DNA of 64,000 nt from Podarcis liolepis. Taxonomy: Eukaryota. The translations under genes were made by a program, and so were the position numbers. How positions within the stretch are numbered: position 1 is the stretch's first letter; each line of letters begins with the position of its first letter. Positions 40,600 through 54,309 of this stretch are shown here, in pieces. The stretch lies in assembly GCA_965112155.1 (NCBI GenBank), contig OZ218099.1; one strand, written 5' to 3'. The notes under the pieces were generated by a model, which saw nothing but the letters and a program-made list of their open reading frames with translations, did not search any database and had not been told where the DNA came from.

Positions 40600-41110
40600 C
40601 CCGAGATTATTATATCTATTTGTTTATTCCAGTTGATTACTGCCTAGTTGCCATTTGTGTTCCATTGCTTTAGTCTTGGCATAATTCACACATAACTGTT
40701 CCTTATTGCATACTTCCCCAAATGATTTCAACAATATCCTCATGCCAGTTAGGGTCTGGGATAACAGAACCACATTGTCTGTGAATAGCAATACATTTAG
40801 TTCCATGTGCCAACAACTGTTAAAAAGTTTGATTTATCAGCTAGTTGATCAATGATGCCATTCACATATATGCTGAGCAAAAAGGGGGCTAGTAAACTGT
40901 TTTGTCTTACCCCTCTGGTTGAACCAATTTCCTCTGACAACTGGCATTCTCTGTCTACTCTAATATGAACTTTGGTGCCTGTGTAAAAGTTCTTAATTAG
41001 AATCAACAGGTGTCTTGTACATCCTAACTCTAGTTTTCTCCATAAAATCTATTTATTTATCCTGCCAAAGACTGAGATCAGGTCAACAAAAGCAGCATGT
41101 GTATTTCCTA
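40600..41110 (-). mobile_element. Decayed non-LTR retrotransposon reverse transcriptase fragment (possibly RTE-X-like)
   Basis: Frameshifted RT motifs AAFVDL, GVRQ..LLAPFLLSIYVN and LLFTDNVVLLSQ (YADD box). Confidence 0.7.
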
Positions 41111-41707
41111 GGGCCACCTGCATCTCTCTCTACCGGTATTTTGCTTTCCATTCCTGACTAGAGCAATGCTTGCACCCATTGTGGAAATATGTATTCTTAC
41201 ATCATGTCTAAAATAATCATGTCAGACAGACCTTGGATAATTTCCTTGCATAATGCTGAGCTCAATATGCCAATAGACAGAGAAAGTTTAACATTACTAT
41301 GTGAAGATATGGTAACCTAATGACTAACCAATCTCTCTGAAAGAAACATCAATATATTATGACTAATCAACCTCTCTGTTTCAGCAAGAGTAATTTCAAC
41401 TTGGTTTTTATTTTTGACATGCTTAACATAACACACACATTCCATTCGGAATACCAAGTAGCAAAATTTACAAAAGGATAAAATCATATTCTGCCCAATC
41501 TGGTTACACTACTTAATTCTTTCTACTCGGTACACACCTAAAAAGTTTGCCTAAAATAGCCTTTCAAATTATGCCCAGCAGCAGAAGACAGAATAACTCC
41601 GTCTTTTGCCCAGATATCAAGGGACCCATAGCAGTATCAAGAGATGTACAGGGTGTTTTACAATCCACTTTCTTTGTTCTTGACTCAACTTCTCATCATT
41701 CACAATA

Positions 41708-41897
41708 CAGTCATACCTTATTTTGCAACCAGGGTCCATTCCGGAGCCGCAGCCGCTAGCCAAAAAGGACGCAGGGCACTTCTGCGCATGCACGAGCGGC
41801 AAACCCAGAAATAACCCGTTCCAGTACTTCCAGGTTTGCCACGGACATTCGCCGGAATGGACCCTAGACAAGGCGGACATTCGCGGAGTTATTACTG
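41708..41897. mobile_element. Tc1/mariner-type MITE (related to 30419-30607)
   Basis: CAGT...ACTG ends with TA flanks; shares the internal GCGGCAAA(A)CCCAGAAA...TACTTCC.GGTTTGCC motif. Confidence 0.65.
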
Positions 41898-44800
41898 TAT
41901 CAGTAAAGAAAAATAATCCTTTTTTCATTTAGTTATTTACTAATTGATTGATTGATTGATTGTTAAAAGTATACCTACTTTTGGTCCACCCTGTATAATG
42001 CATTTCCATTTCTCAGCACACTGGTACACCCCTAGCCAATGAAGACTGTTTTTGCTGAGTCTTCCCAGGATTCAACCTTCTCTCTGAACATGCAAACTCC
42101 AGAGCAAACAGGTCAGATTGGAAGCTTATTTAGTATTTGTACTATACACAAATACCACAAAAGTAGTTTTAGAAAACCAGCAAATTATTAATAAACAACT
42201 GCCTTTTGTTACTTTGACACCACTAGGGAATTTAGGAAAGTGGGTATGGGCTTTTTTCCCAGAATGAGGGCTACATTCCCTTGAGAGCAACCTTCCAGGA
42301 CGTGCATGCCAGTAGTGGGTGGCCAGAGGTAAAAATGGATGGAACCAGATGCAAAAGTGGGTGGGGCAACGGATGCACCTTGTGATTTTTACAGTTGGTT
42401 ACACAAAAACCAAAGGTTTGAACACACCACCCCCTCCCCTTCTCCATCCAGGCAAGGAAGAGACACCATCACAGTTCAATAGCACATTCCAGCCTGTTCA
42501 AGAAGGGTGTGACCTGGGGAAAGAGGTTGTTGCCAGGGGGAGTAGAGTCCCTAGGACCAGATAGAGGAACAGAGAGCCAAATTTGTGCCCCCAGGACTGA
42601 GGTCTCTCACACACAGGACTAAAAGTACCGTAACACATCACAAGCCTAGCTCTATCTACTGTACTATCCCATGTTGCCACATACCATGGGTGGAGCTTGC
42701 TGAAGAATGTGATTGTTGGTACTAGGAAATAAGAACATCAAAACAAGGTCAACAGGACAGGCAGAGCTACATGCAGTACAACCTCAAATATAGAGTCCCT
42801 AGTCCCTGTCCAGCCGTGCAACTAGTCTTCTTGCTACTTAGAAGAGGCACAATGTCTGGTGGTCATTTATTACTGCAACAAAAGCTTCTTTAATAAATTC
42901 AGTGAAGCCTCCTAAGTGGGAAAATCCATTGAGGAACCTGTGACATAAGCCAGCCATCAACACTTAAAAGCTTTTACTTAGCTGTTGGAACATCATATTT
43001 CCCACAATCCTCAGTTAGAGCAGGTCTTAATGAGCAAAAACATTCAGCATATGCTTATACTTTGTAGTTTTCTGGCTACCCCAATCATATGGCAAAAGCC
43101 TATATGAACATATGGGAGACAGCATAGTGTGCAAATGTGCTCGTTTGTCTTTGAAGATAGCTTTGGACCATTAGAGCTTCTAGAAAGACTACAAAACAGG
43201 TGTGTCTAATTCAAACAAATAAATGGTTCAATACAGATTAAAATAAAATACAGGCAGGAAAGATCTAAAGATAATGCTGGTATGTTCATTCTGTTTTTAA
43301 AGTCATTCCTTCTATTTAGTGTAAACCATAAATCAGATAAAATATGGGATCTGCTATGGATCCCAATTGCACCTGAGTCAAGTCAAGTCCAGAAATCAAT
43401 TAGGTGTTTTAGAAGACATTCTGTAGCACTTGACAGAACTAAACTACTCATTCCTGCAGCAGCACTCTGGACAATGAAATGTTAGGAGCTACAGTATGTA
43501 CAGCATACATACTCTATGAGCACGTGATCCCAGGGCACCCTACACAGAAGATCCATGCAGCTGTTCTCTTTAAACATCAAAAGATACCACACTCTAGTAA
43601 AACCCACTGGATAAAGTGATCATGCCTAAAGCTGGTATGAAATCAAACTAATCTTTCAGTACCTACCAAAAGCTAAACTGAACAGTTTTCCATAATAAAT
43701 GAACCAGTTCATAAATGAACCAGTTTGTAATATCCCAAGCAGTGCCAGCAAATAAAAGTGTTCCTCCTTATTCCACAAAGTTTGTGCTAATTCACACAAC
43801 ACATTTCTCCATCAACACATTTCATCTTTGACACAAGTCCTAGGGATAAAAGTAACAAGTAAAACAGGAAATCAAACTGCTAAAATCTGTATGATGAATG
43901 CAGCATTTTTTTCTAACAGCTGCAAATCACGTGAATTGCTGCCATCCATAAATATAATCACTCAACTTGTGAGTTGTCATCCATATTAACAAGCGGAATG
44001 ACTGGGACCACACACATGTATGAACACTAATGTACACTGCACACATTCTAAGATACTGCTAGAAGGTCAACTTCTAATTAGCAAATATACATTCCAAGAC
44101 ACTCTTGGAAGGCACCAATGTAGGTCCCATAGTTGATTGCATCTACAAGGAAACGAATTGCATGGTGATATTAGATAACCACACTGCACAGCTAAGAAAA
44201 AGAAAAGGAATTAAACTAATGACATATACAAGGAACTAGCTGGCACAAAAAGAAGCTAGCTAGTATTAAAGCGGCAAGAGACACGATTCAAGACAAGTCA
44301 ATCCAGAAATAAATGCACATGCAAACACATTCCAAAATCAAGTCATACTTCAAAAGTCTATAATTAATTCAATATTTTCATCCAACAGAGCAGCCAATGT
44401 ACACCTCCCTGCATGTCTGCCTAAATTCATTCACTGTCATATTATACTGAGATTGTCAACTAGCCGGGAGTGTAAGCCAGGAAGGCCACCCGCTCCACCT
44501 AAAGCCCACCTCAGTTATGATAGCCCTAGGGTGGCCTTGGTAGCCCACCTTCTCTTTTGTAAAATTTCTGAGATAATGTATGCAAAGTATCTTGTATATT
44601 AATAATAATCCAGAGTATACAAGTATTATAGCTTGGACAATGATTCTTTTAGTGTTTCAGAACAATGCTGTTAAAACAAAACAAAACAAACTCCAGGAAA
44701 GTTATTCAAAAATCAACAGGAGTAACAGGTAAAAAGGAAACACATAAATTATGTCAGCAACACAACAAAATAAAAGAATCATTTATCACTTTACATTGCC

Positions 44801-46086
44801 CTGTGCCATGTTTAGAGATATGAAAAGGTATTTGCTAGCCATATTCTTTTCCTCCTCAGTTTTTGTTGTTGTTGTTGCAATGCAAATAAAACTTAGTTTC
44901 AGTTACTGTCCTTTAGCTCAAAATCACAAGGACAGATCTATTAGAATAGGTAAAAATAGCACCACTGAAGATGCCAATGAAGAATCTTTCCACTATATGG
45001 CCACTGCTTAGACTGCAACATCAGCTGGCTTTCTTTTTATAACCCTTTGGCTACATATATATATGAACTGCAGCTAACACCGTAAATTTGTGAAGGTTGA
45101 GAAGGAAGACTCAACTCTGCATCGTCATTCAACTCTGCTCTTTATATTTTCCAAGATAAAATCCTATTTTAGGACCCATTTGTTTGTATGATCTCAGGAA
45201 ATAAACATACATGTAAAAATATAAAACCCTGGTCATCCATATCTCTTGTCTGATTCAGGCATACCATAGCTAAAATTCACTTCTACAGTGCCACAAGTCC
45301 TTCCAAATATTGATCAGTGTAACACCACTTGTGATCCTCCAAATAAAATGCAACTACAGATGCACAATAAACTTTGTGTTTCTCCTAGGATTTCAGTAAC
45401 AAGGGAGCTGTCAGTCACCACAACTGGTGGGACCCATATATAGTTTGGTCTTTATTATTATTATTAAAGATTTTCTTGATTTACAAGTGTGTGCGCGCAA
45501 TGTTCTCTCTCATATATTTTTCCCCATGTAACATTTTTACAAATCAGTTTCATTTGTTGAGACATTGGGAAGAAAAGGGGGAATGAGGTGGAGGGGTTGG
45601 GAAGATGGGTGGAGGTGGGGTGGGGTTTCTATTTTACTTACTATATGTAGGGTTTGGTGTCAGCATTGCTTGTGCACGTTCTTTGCTGTTCACTTGTGTT
45701 CCTTTGGTGATGAGAGAGGTTGGGGTTGGCCTAGGGTGTGGTTGTTCATTTGTGGTTGGCTGCGGTCCATATACAGTTTAGTGGAGTGGGGAGAGGAAAC
45801 TATAACTTATTCTACTGCAAGACATCAGTATGGAAGACAGAAGTAAAGTAAAGAGCAAAGTTTCTTCAGTTCATGAGTTGAGCATCCTCTTCCTCACCTA
45901 CAGCAAGTTTCCCAACAGTGTTTCCTAAGAATAGGACTTTGGCGAAACTTTGAACCATCCCAAATACTCATTGTATAACCACTAGAAATCAAAATAGTAC
46001 CAAATCACACATAATACAGTACTGTATGTAACAGATTTCTCATGAGCTACTAAGTATATTTGAGGGAAGGGATATATATTCCTCAG

Positions 46087-46282
46087 TAAAAAGGTAAAGG
46101 GACCCCTGACCATTAGGTCCAGTCATAGCCGACTCTGGGGTTGCAGCGCTCATCTCGCTTTATTGGCCGAGGGAGCTTCCGGGTCATGTGGCCAGCATGA
46201 CTAATCCGCTTCTGGCAAACCAGAGCAGCGCACAGAAACACCGTTTACCTTCCCGCCGGAGCGGTACCTATTTATCTACTTG
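46087..46282 (-). mobile_element. Sauria-type SINE (BovB-related 3' end), 5'-truncated
   Basis: AAAGGTAAAGGGACCCCTGACCATTAGGTCCAGTC...CATGTGGCCAGCATGAC...GTACCTATTTATCTACT with ACCTTT tail on the minus strand. Confidence 0.85.
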
Positions 46283-49200
46283 AACTGCTCCATAAATATG
46301 CCACGGCCATGTTTTCATGGTGGTGAAAACCAAAGCTATTGCAGCAGCTGAGAAATCAAATGCAGTATTTAGGATTGCTGGTACAAATGTGTGTCCACTT
46401 ACTTGTATCCACAATTACCTAGGATAGATACATCTTATAGCCATGAAAAAAACTGCTTCTCTGTTTTAGCAAAAAGCCCTATGATTTACAGTATGCTGTG
46501 GTTAAGCCAACAGTAGAAAGTACACCTTAAGATAAAGGCTTTGATACCATATCTATACCTCGTTAAGAAATTAGTTTGAGCATGTAAAGAGAACAATCTC
46601 CTTGCCCTTTCCAAGCCAACTAACATTAAGAAACAAAAAGATGCAATTCTCCCTCTCCCTTCTTCCATTTAGTTCTCCCTTCACCACATTCTTAGCATAA
46701 ATGTCTACTATTAAGCTAAGCAAAGTCAAGACTAATTTCAAGATTTTAGCTCACTCTCTTCCCTTTGAAAAATTACGAAGTAAAATGCCACATTGAAGCC
46801 CTTGGGTCTAAAACCCTAAACCAGATTTAATTACTGTTAGTACCACACCCATCTAGTAAGTCAGTGAACCAACCTCACTCAGTTCATAATCTAAAAATAT
46901 ACAAGATGTCCCAAATGTTCTAAAGTGATACTATGTGCAATGAATAGAACACATTGCTTATTGATATAGTTTTATTAGGATTTGCCAGATCTCAAGCAAT
47001 TTTGGTTATACCACAACTGCACTGGAATACCAAGTTGGGCACTAAACAACAGTACTGCCATACACTTAAAATAATTCATGCAGCACTGAAATGCTGCACA
47101 CACACACAACAGCATCCTCTAACAAACTGACTCTATACCGTAACCTAAAATGGAATATACAGTAACTGAAATGCCAACTATCCACAACTTTCGCAAGTTA
47201 AAACCAGTCATATTTTATTTTATTTTATTTTGATCAAATTTATATTTCCTGCTCCATCTAAGGAACAGTCAAGGCTTTGCCTAAAAAAACCCAAAAACCG
47301 CCCCTCCAAAAGTACAGCAGCAGAACACAGTGTTACTTATAGCTGCAAACAAATTTAGGGATCCATTTGTTATTGCACTTCTCAAAGGAGCAGTGAAATA
47401 TATTTACATTATAATCAAAAACTTCAAAGATAATTTTTGCAATAAACTTCCAGTGTTAGGTTGACAGCAACAATATTCTGCAATGAATATATCAGCTACT
47501 GTCAAAAGAGGTTATTAACCAATTCTTAATTCTGAAAGGGTATTCATCATACAACTATAGCATATAACTTCTCATGCTTAAGGAGGTTTTGGAATAATGT
47601 AAAGTGGTTTTATTGCATTGTTCCAGTAAAATAATTTCAGCATGGTATACAAAGCATCTAGCATCATATGCCAATTATTTAAACATTTTACATCTGTACA
47701 GCAGCAGCTTTCCAAACAAAATAGCAATGTACAAAAAATAAATTATTCAAGAAGCATAACCTACACCACTTGAAATTAAAATCTTAACTAAAAGTTAAAT
47801 CTTAATTTTGGACCAGGATAACTAACCCATGGCCCTCCAGATGCTGCTGAATTACAACTCCAACCCTCTCTGACCATTGGCCATGCTGGCTAGGTTGATA
47901 GGAGCTGAGTCAAACAACCTCTGGAGGATCACAGATTCCACACTCAATTTCAAAACAGAAGAATACATGATTAACAGTGTAATTAATCCTAACTTTGTCT
48001 ACTTAGCAGTCCTACTGAATTCAATGAAGCCTACCCCCAGGTAAGTGGAGACTAATTCATGCAACATTGGACTGTGCTGCACAGTTAAGGACACTACAGC
48101 TTCAAGCAGGCAAAACAATGGCCTAGCCTAGGACTATCTACTTTGGCATCACATCTACCAAGGTTTCTAGAAGAGATTTTTTTAAAGCCCTTCTATCCAA
48201 GATACTCTGACCAGCAATTCCAGATATTAGACTTGGCACTTTATATGCTTGTAAACTGCCTAGAATTCTATTTTGGCTCTGTACAAAATAAACAAACAAA
48301 TACGCAAAACCTTAGATAAGGTATCTTCTGAAAAGCTATGTTCTCTCTCAAAATAGATGCAACACATTACAAAATATTTGCTTACCTAGGATTGCACCCT
48401 TTGTGTGTTTTAAAACTCGAATTTTCCCAAGTCTACGCTATTCAAGTATTTAAAAGTCATTCTGACTTTTAGGTTACCATCCTATGGATACTTACTTGGA
48501 AAGTAAAGCCACTTAAATGAGTGGGACTTTCAAGTAAACATTGATGACTCAGCTAATACTCATTAGAAATAGTCTGTAATAGACTACAGAAATAGAAATC
48601 ATGTACTTTCCCACTCCAAGCCAAAACAACCACCGCCAACAAAAGGAACTCAAGACAAGCCTGCTTATCACTGACTTGATTTGCATTACTTAACTATGTG
48701 AGATACACAAATCAATGCCAGTTCATAACAAAGAAAATCTAAGTATGCTTGCATAAAGACTCCTTGTCTCCTACCTCTACAAAGATAGCCAGAAGACTGA
48801 TGAAAGAAGTTCTCCCCAGGTGTTTTTTATGTCTTCACCTTCACTTACCTGCACAGACTTAAGCAATTAAGCTGTGATACAGCTGCTAAACTGCCTTCTC
48901 TTTTCCACCTTTCTTAAAGCAACCAAGAACATATCTGGATCACACACGGGGAAAATATGGGAATCCCCATTCAGCAACCTCTCCTCACTCCCCAGCGATG
49001 ACCTCATTTCTGAAAGTTTCTAATCGCTCGTTTCAAATTATTTACAATGCAATTCAGAGACTATCCAGGACGCAGAAGACTCCGTCCAGACTCCAGAGGA
49101 TGCTGCAGCTACGACGGAGGAAGGCAAACGCATTTCAAACCACACCGGCTCCGGATAACTAATCCACTGCATAACTTCAACTCATGGCAGAAAAAAGACC

Positions 49201-49299
49201 AAGCGCTGGCTACTTTTGAATCGGCAGACGTTTTAGTCACAACAGGAGCCCGAAGACCCAGCCTGAAAGCATCAACCCGGCAAAAGAAAAGCGCTGACT

Positions 49300-50420
49300 T
49301 GCGCAGCGACGGCAGCTGCATCCATTCCTACCCTTGTCAACGTCGTGAAGGAGCCGCTGCTGCATCACATTATTGGACGCCAGCAAGAGAGAAGCCTGCG
49401 CTGCTTGCCTCATTCCCCACACCCGTTCCCTGAAGGGGCAGGACAGCACGCTTTCCTCACCCGAACCAAAATAAAAAAAAATAAAAAAATACAAATGAGG
49501 AAGGAGAAAGCAAGCAAGAAACAAACAAACTCAAAGTGGGTAGGGCCCTACTGTCGGGTAGCGTCAAAAGCTAACTACGGAGGCAGTTTTAGCAGCTGCA
49601 AACTGAGCGCCCCGTCTAAATTGCCGGAGAAAAGCGACGCCACTGCGAGCAGCGAGGAATGGGGAGAAGAAGCCCAGCGCCGAACCCGGGCGAGCGCACA
49701 GCATCCCCGTCTCAGCCTCGGGGCAGGCGGGACTCGCGGGAGGACGCAGCCGTCCAACCTGGGCGGCTCCGTCCGCACAGACGCCGAGCACAACGGAGGC
49801 TGCTGAAGCAGCTCCTTGGCGGCCGCCCCCTTCCCAGTGTCTCCGGGCTTTCCTAGCCCCCCGCTACACACTCACACACACACGCCTCGACACGACGGCG
49901 CCTTCCCCATCTCTTTGGACAACTTCAACCCTTTCCTGGGGCTCCGGCTGCGACACGCCCGCCCTCCCAGCCGCGAAACCAGCCCGGTACCTGTCCGTCT
50001 CTCTCGGGTGCCGCTGCGGCTGCTTGTGCCGCCGCCTCCTCCAGCTCCGACGGCTCTTCCCTTATTCCCAGCCGCCCGCTCCGCTCCCCATCTAAAATGG
50101 CCGCCTTACTAACACCGAGACATTTATTCCAAAGCCATCCAAGCTCTCGGAGCTCGAGTCCTCGCGTCTGGAGTGCCGAGTCCTCGATGGCTGGAGCAGC
50201 CCTCTCTCCCGGCCCGGCCCCTTTTCCTCCTCCCTGGGATCGTCCGCCTGTCTCGCCGCCGCCATTTGAAACGCTGCTTGCCCGGGTGGGGGAGGAGGCG
50301 TCGCAAATGCCCTAGTGAGGCGGGGGGTAGGGGGCTTCCCAGGCTAGGATAAGCACGGCGAGTACACGGTGCTCTCCCCAGCCCCCGGAGTTGGCTCCGT
50401 GGCTTCTCCCCGGTCTTGTC
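49300..50420. promoter_or_regulatory. CpG island / RAF1 promoter region
   Basis: Sharp rise in GC and CpG relative to the AT-rich flanks; YY1-like motifs AAAATGGCCGCC (50094-50105) and CGCCGCCATTTG (about 50256-50267). Confidence 0.85.
49991..50150 (-). other. RAF1: Probable non-coding RAF1 exon 1 (5' end approximate)
   Basis: Donor CAG|gtaccg at 49991/49990 inside the CpG island; GCCATTTTAGATGG resembles a motif I recall in human RAF1 exon 1. Confidence 0.6.
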
Positions 50421-51916
50421 TAGACTGGGATTAAGCTCTCCAGATGTCCCTTGTTTGCAGGGATTCCTCCTTCAGAGCATCCCATGGAGCATAAGAGAGC
50501 AGCGCTTGCTATCACTCCTCTTTTCTAGTTGAATTCAGGGAACGTGCCGCTCGCTACCTCTGCATTATGTCACCCCCTTAGTATTATATCTGCTTAAAAT
50601 TGGAAGATGTAAGGGAGCAGCGTAACTAAAACTGGCAAAGAGCTGGAGTGGGTATAGATACAGAACTACTTTTTAGCTCACCAGCAGAGGTTTTTAATCA
50701 GCAAAGTGGACCATGCTGCGTTTGTCCTCCTGCGAACCCAATTCAGTAGCAAGATTCTGCTGATTCTCACCTTGACTAAAGAGGATAAGTGTGATCAGCC
50801 AGAAGGAGCTCTGGTTACAAAGTATTCCCAGTCATGTAGAGGTGGCTATGGCTATAGAGCTCTCTTGACATGTCATAGTGAAGGAGGTTTGGGTGTAGGA
50901 CCACCAGCCACAATCCTGGTTATCCCCTTATTTGTACAGTTCATCCAGAATTGGACTCCACAGTCACTTACGGACTCATTGTTAAAACCGTGTTTATGGA
51001 AGACAATCTTACTCGGCTACGAGTGATCACCAAAGAAGAGAGTTAATATACGTCCTGTGACCTTGCAGAAATACAGGAGGGCATTTTCAGATGTCATGAA
51101 CATGTTGGCTAGACTGCCAGCTCCCATCATCCCTAAGCATTGGTCATGCTGATGGGAGTTGTAATTCAGCATCAGGAGAACTACAGTTTAGACATCCATG
51201 CAGGGGTGCTGGTTGTATTGAAACAAATGCATGTAGGTTGGGCAAAGAGCCTACCACCAGAATGTCATGTCTCTTCCCTATGTTCAGAACATTTGTAAGG
51301 AGCTGGTTTGAAGGCAGTGATGGGCTAAGGTGACTTCTTCAGTGTCATACAACAGACTGTGGGAGAAATAGGGTCTCAACCTGAACTTTCCAGAGACAAA
51401 TTATACACTATTCCACTCTTCCTCCTGGACTACCCTTGCAACTGCAAAGCATACAAAAATAGCTTAACACAGGTTCATTACTCTATAATGGCTTTAGGCT
51501 TCAACCATCTTGTACTTGCCAGGCTGCACATAAACACAGTATCATATACTTGTAGTCTGCCTATTGTCTGGCTCCATGTGCACAATCAAGGATGTCAGTT
51601 TAGAACACCACATTCCATTGTTAAATGTGCATTAAGCCCTTTTCTTTAACATATCCATCCTAATTGTTAGCTTTGGAGGTAAATAATCCACATCAGATTA
51701 ATTTGAATAAGCACATAGAATTTTTAAAGTGTGGTAAAATGTTATGGAGATTTTTCACCTTCTAAATGCAGGTTTATGAGAAAATATCTGAATAGCATGC
51801 GTTTTAACAAGTATTTTTTAAAAAGAAAAAACATTCAAATCAATCTTTTAGCAGGTACAACTTTTTACTGCAGCCATGGCAGTCCATAATAATACATAAT
51901 TAAAGCAAGACCAAGG

Positions 51917-52030
51917 GTAGTAATCAACTAGGCTTTACTTAGAGTAGACCCACTGAAATTAATAAGCATGACTAAAATAGGTCCACTGATTTCAACGGAT
52001 CTACTCTGAGTAAAACTTAGTTGACTACCA
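51917..52030. repeat. Palindromic MITE-like repeat
   Basis: CAACTAGGCTTTACTTAGAGTAGACCCACTGAAAT...ATTTCAACGGATCTACTCTGAGTAAAACTTAGTTG inverted arms. Related fold-back elements at about 4423-4508, 28540-28625, 30953-31033 and 54740-54910. Confidence 0.65.
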
Positions 52031-53095
52031 CTGCAACAGAATAAAATAACACATCAAAAGCTAACAATAAAATATCTGTGTCCTAGCAACCGACAGCAAT
52101 GATTTATGCACACTAAATCATACTTTTCAAATTGCTAGACACCTGATAGAATAAGAAAATATTCACTCTCTGAATCAATACAAGAACAAAACTAGACAGG
52201 TATTCCTGCAGAGCAGGGGTGGGGAACTTTTTTCAAGGGCAGGCTTTTTTCAAAGCCTGAGGAAATGTAAGTGTCTTCACCTGGTGCCAAAATGATATCC
52301 AAGTAGGCTCTAGATGAACCTCCCTGGGAGAATGAATCATGCTCAAAAGTACCACTACCACACCATGTGGTCCCTTTCCCTTGTAGCTACTTGGCACACT
52401 TAGAAACCCTGAGATTCTTCTGAATATAGAGTGATTAGGACATTTTCTAAATAGGTAAATAAATTTGAACTTGTTTAGAAGCAGATGCTTGGACCAGAGC
52501 TATGCAATTTCCCCCCTTCATAGCTGGGGCAAGGCCTTTTCCAGATCTTCCTCATGTTGTGTATCTTATCAAACAACTAGTTAATCCAAGTAAACCGACA
52601 TCTTGGGGGGGAGGGGGAACAGAGAGCTCAAGCATGTCCAAAATCTTGTAGAACTACAGTTTTGCATGTAGGGCACATTTTGCATCTTTAATTGGCCACT
52701 CAACATGACTGCATTGGAGCCAGGTTATTTGAAGGATTACTTACATCCATATGAACCAGGCCAGGTGCAAGTTTGTTATCAGAGGCCTCATTTATTGGAC
52801 CATCAATAAAATCAGATAGATTGGTGGGTGTAAGAGACATGGCCTTTTCAGTGGTGGTCCTGGCTTTTAAACAGGCTTTGAAAGCCCATTTGTTTCAAAT
52901 ATGCTTTATCTAGTATGTGGACTGGCCTTGAATTATTATTGGTTATTTTTAGTAGCCTTAAATTGTGTTCTTTCATTAATTTTAGGGATTACTAGGCTGG
53001 AATTCTTTGAAATTTTATCAATTGCTGATTTAAGTTCTAGTCTTTTAAAATATTGTTGTAAATTTATTTTTATGTTGTAAACTGCCACAGGTTAT

Positions 53096-53188
53096 AATAA
53101 TAAAAAAATTCCTTCCAGTAGCACCTTAAAGACCAACTAAGTTAGTTCTTGGTATAAGCTTTCGTGTGCATGCACACTTCTTCAGATA
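53096..53188 (-). mobile_element. 93-nt PLE-derived insert with hammerhead motif
   Basis: Near-identical to the 5586-5671 arm; 10-bp TSD CACAGGTTAT (53086-53095, 53189-53198); minus strand GTATCTGAAGAAGTGTGCATGCACACGAAAGCTTATAC. Confidence 0.82.
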
Positions 53189-54201
53189 CACAGGTTATGT
53201 GTATGGTTTTAGATGATATAATAGTATCTCCAGTTATTTTATTCTCTGTCTTCTATTGTAAAGGGCTTTGGCTATATACAATGAAAATTGATATTAATTA
53301 GGAGATAGGCAAAAATAAAATGTTGGACAATTTTAGAGTAGAAAGAATATATTGAGTAGGTCAGGAATATACTAGCCAGTTGGTAAGAAATAAAAACAAG
53401 ATTCCAAAGATATGCTTGATAACTGTAAATTGTAAACTATCCTCACTAAAATATATACACATTTGATAATAATATTGAATCATTCCTACTTTGATGCTTC
53501 AACAAATAGAATGTTTCATTAATGTTTAATATTCAAGCACAGGGGATGAGATATTGCACAATCTTCCATTTTTACTGAGACAGGAATGAATAACTTGTGG
53601 TCCTCTGGATGTTGTTGGAATCAGTTCCCATCAGTCCCAGCCAGCATAGTCAGTGATGAGCGATGATGGAAGCTGTAGTCCAGTAACAATTGGAGGGTCA
53701 CAAGCCATCCCATCTCATTCTTAGGTTAAGTGTAGGCAATACAATGATGTAATCTAGGATTGTTGATGGATGGTTACATTTTGGCTCTCACTGCACCTTA
53801 TGTAACTTCAGAAGTTGATGGAAGGCAATGAAATATGTTGGGGACAGCATAAAATGTGGCTGGGAGCCTGTGCCATAAGTAAATATAGCTATGCTTTCTC
53901 CAATACTATTTATCCCTAGTAAAGGACTGGACTCTTAAACCTCCCAATCTACTAATTTGCAGATGGTGTGGAAACTCTTATTGCTATGGAGTAAATAAAT
54001 TCTTGCTCTTCCTTCTTTGTTCTCTGACAACACATGCTTGCAAGGAGATACAGGAAAGCCTTTTATTTTCTAGGCCCTTGATATGGTTTGGGAATGGACA
54101 AATCACTGTAACCTACCCTCCTAGAATAGATTCTGTGATTTTGGATGCCAACTGAGCAGAATAGAAGCCTACCTTGGCTCATTCTCTTCCCAAATTCAAA
54201 A

Positions 54202-54309
54202 TAAAAAAAATCCTTCCTGTAGCACCTTAAAGACCAACTAAGTTAGTTCTTGGTATAAGCTTTCGTGTGCATGCACACTTCTTCAGATACACAAATTCAG
54301 ATACACAAA
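54202..54309 (-). mobile_element. PLE-derived insert with hammerhead motif
   Basis: Same family; 15-bp TSD TTCCCAAATTCAAAA (54187-54201, 54310-54324); junctional duplication of CAGATACACAAATT. Confidence 0.82.

Noticed and set aside
48843-48851. Perfect CAG|GTAAGT donor on the minus strand near the CpG island
   Set aside because: No convincing acceptor or TSS to pair it with; could be chance.
49047-50315. Cluster of overlapping ORFs on both strands
   Set aside because: Expected from stop-codon scarcity in a CpG island; no protein similarity recognised.
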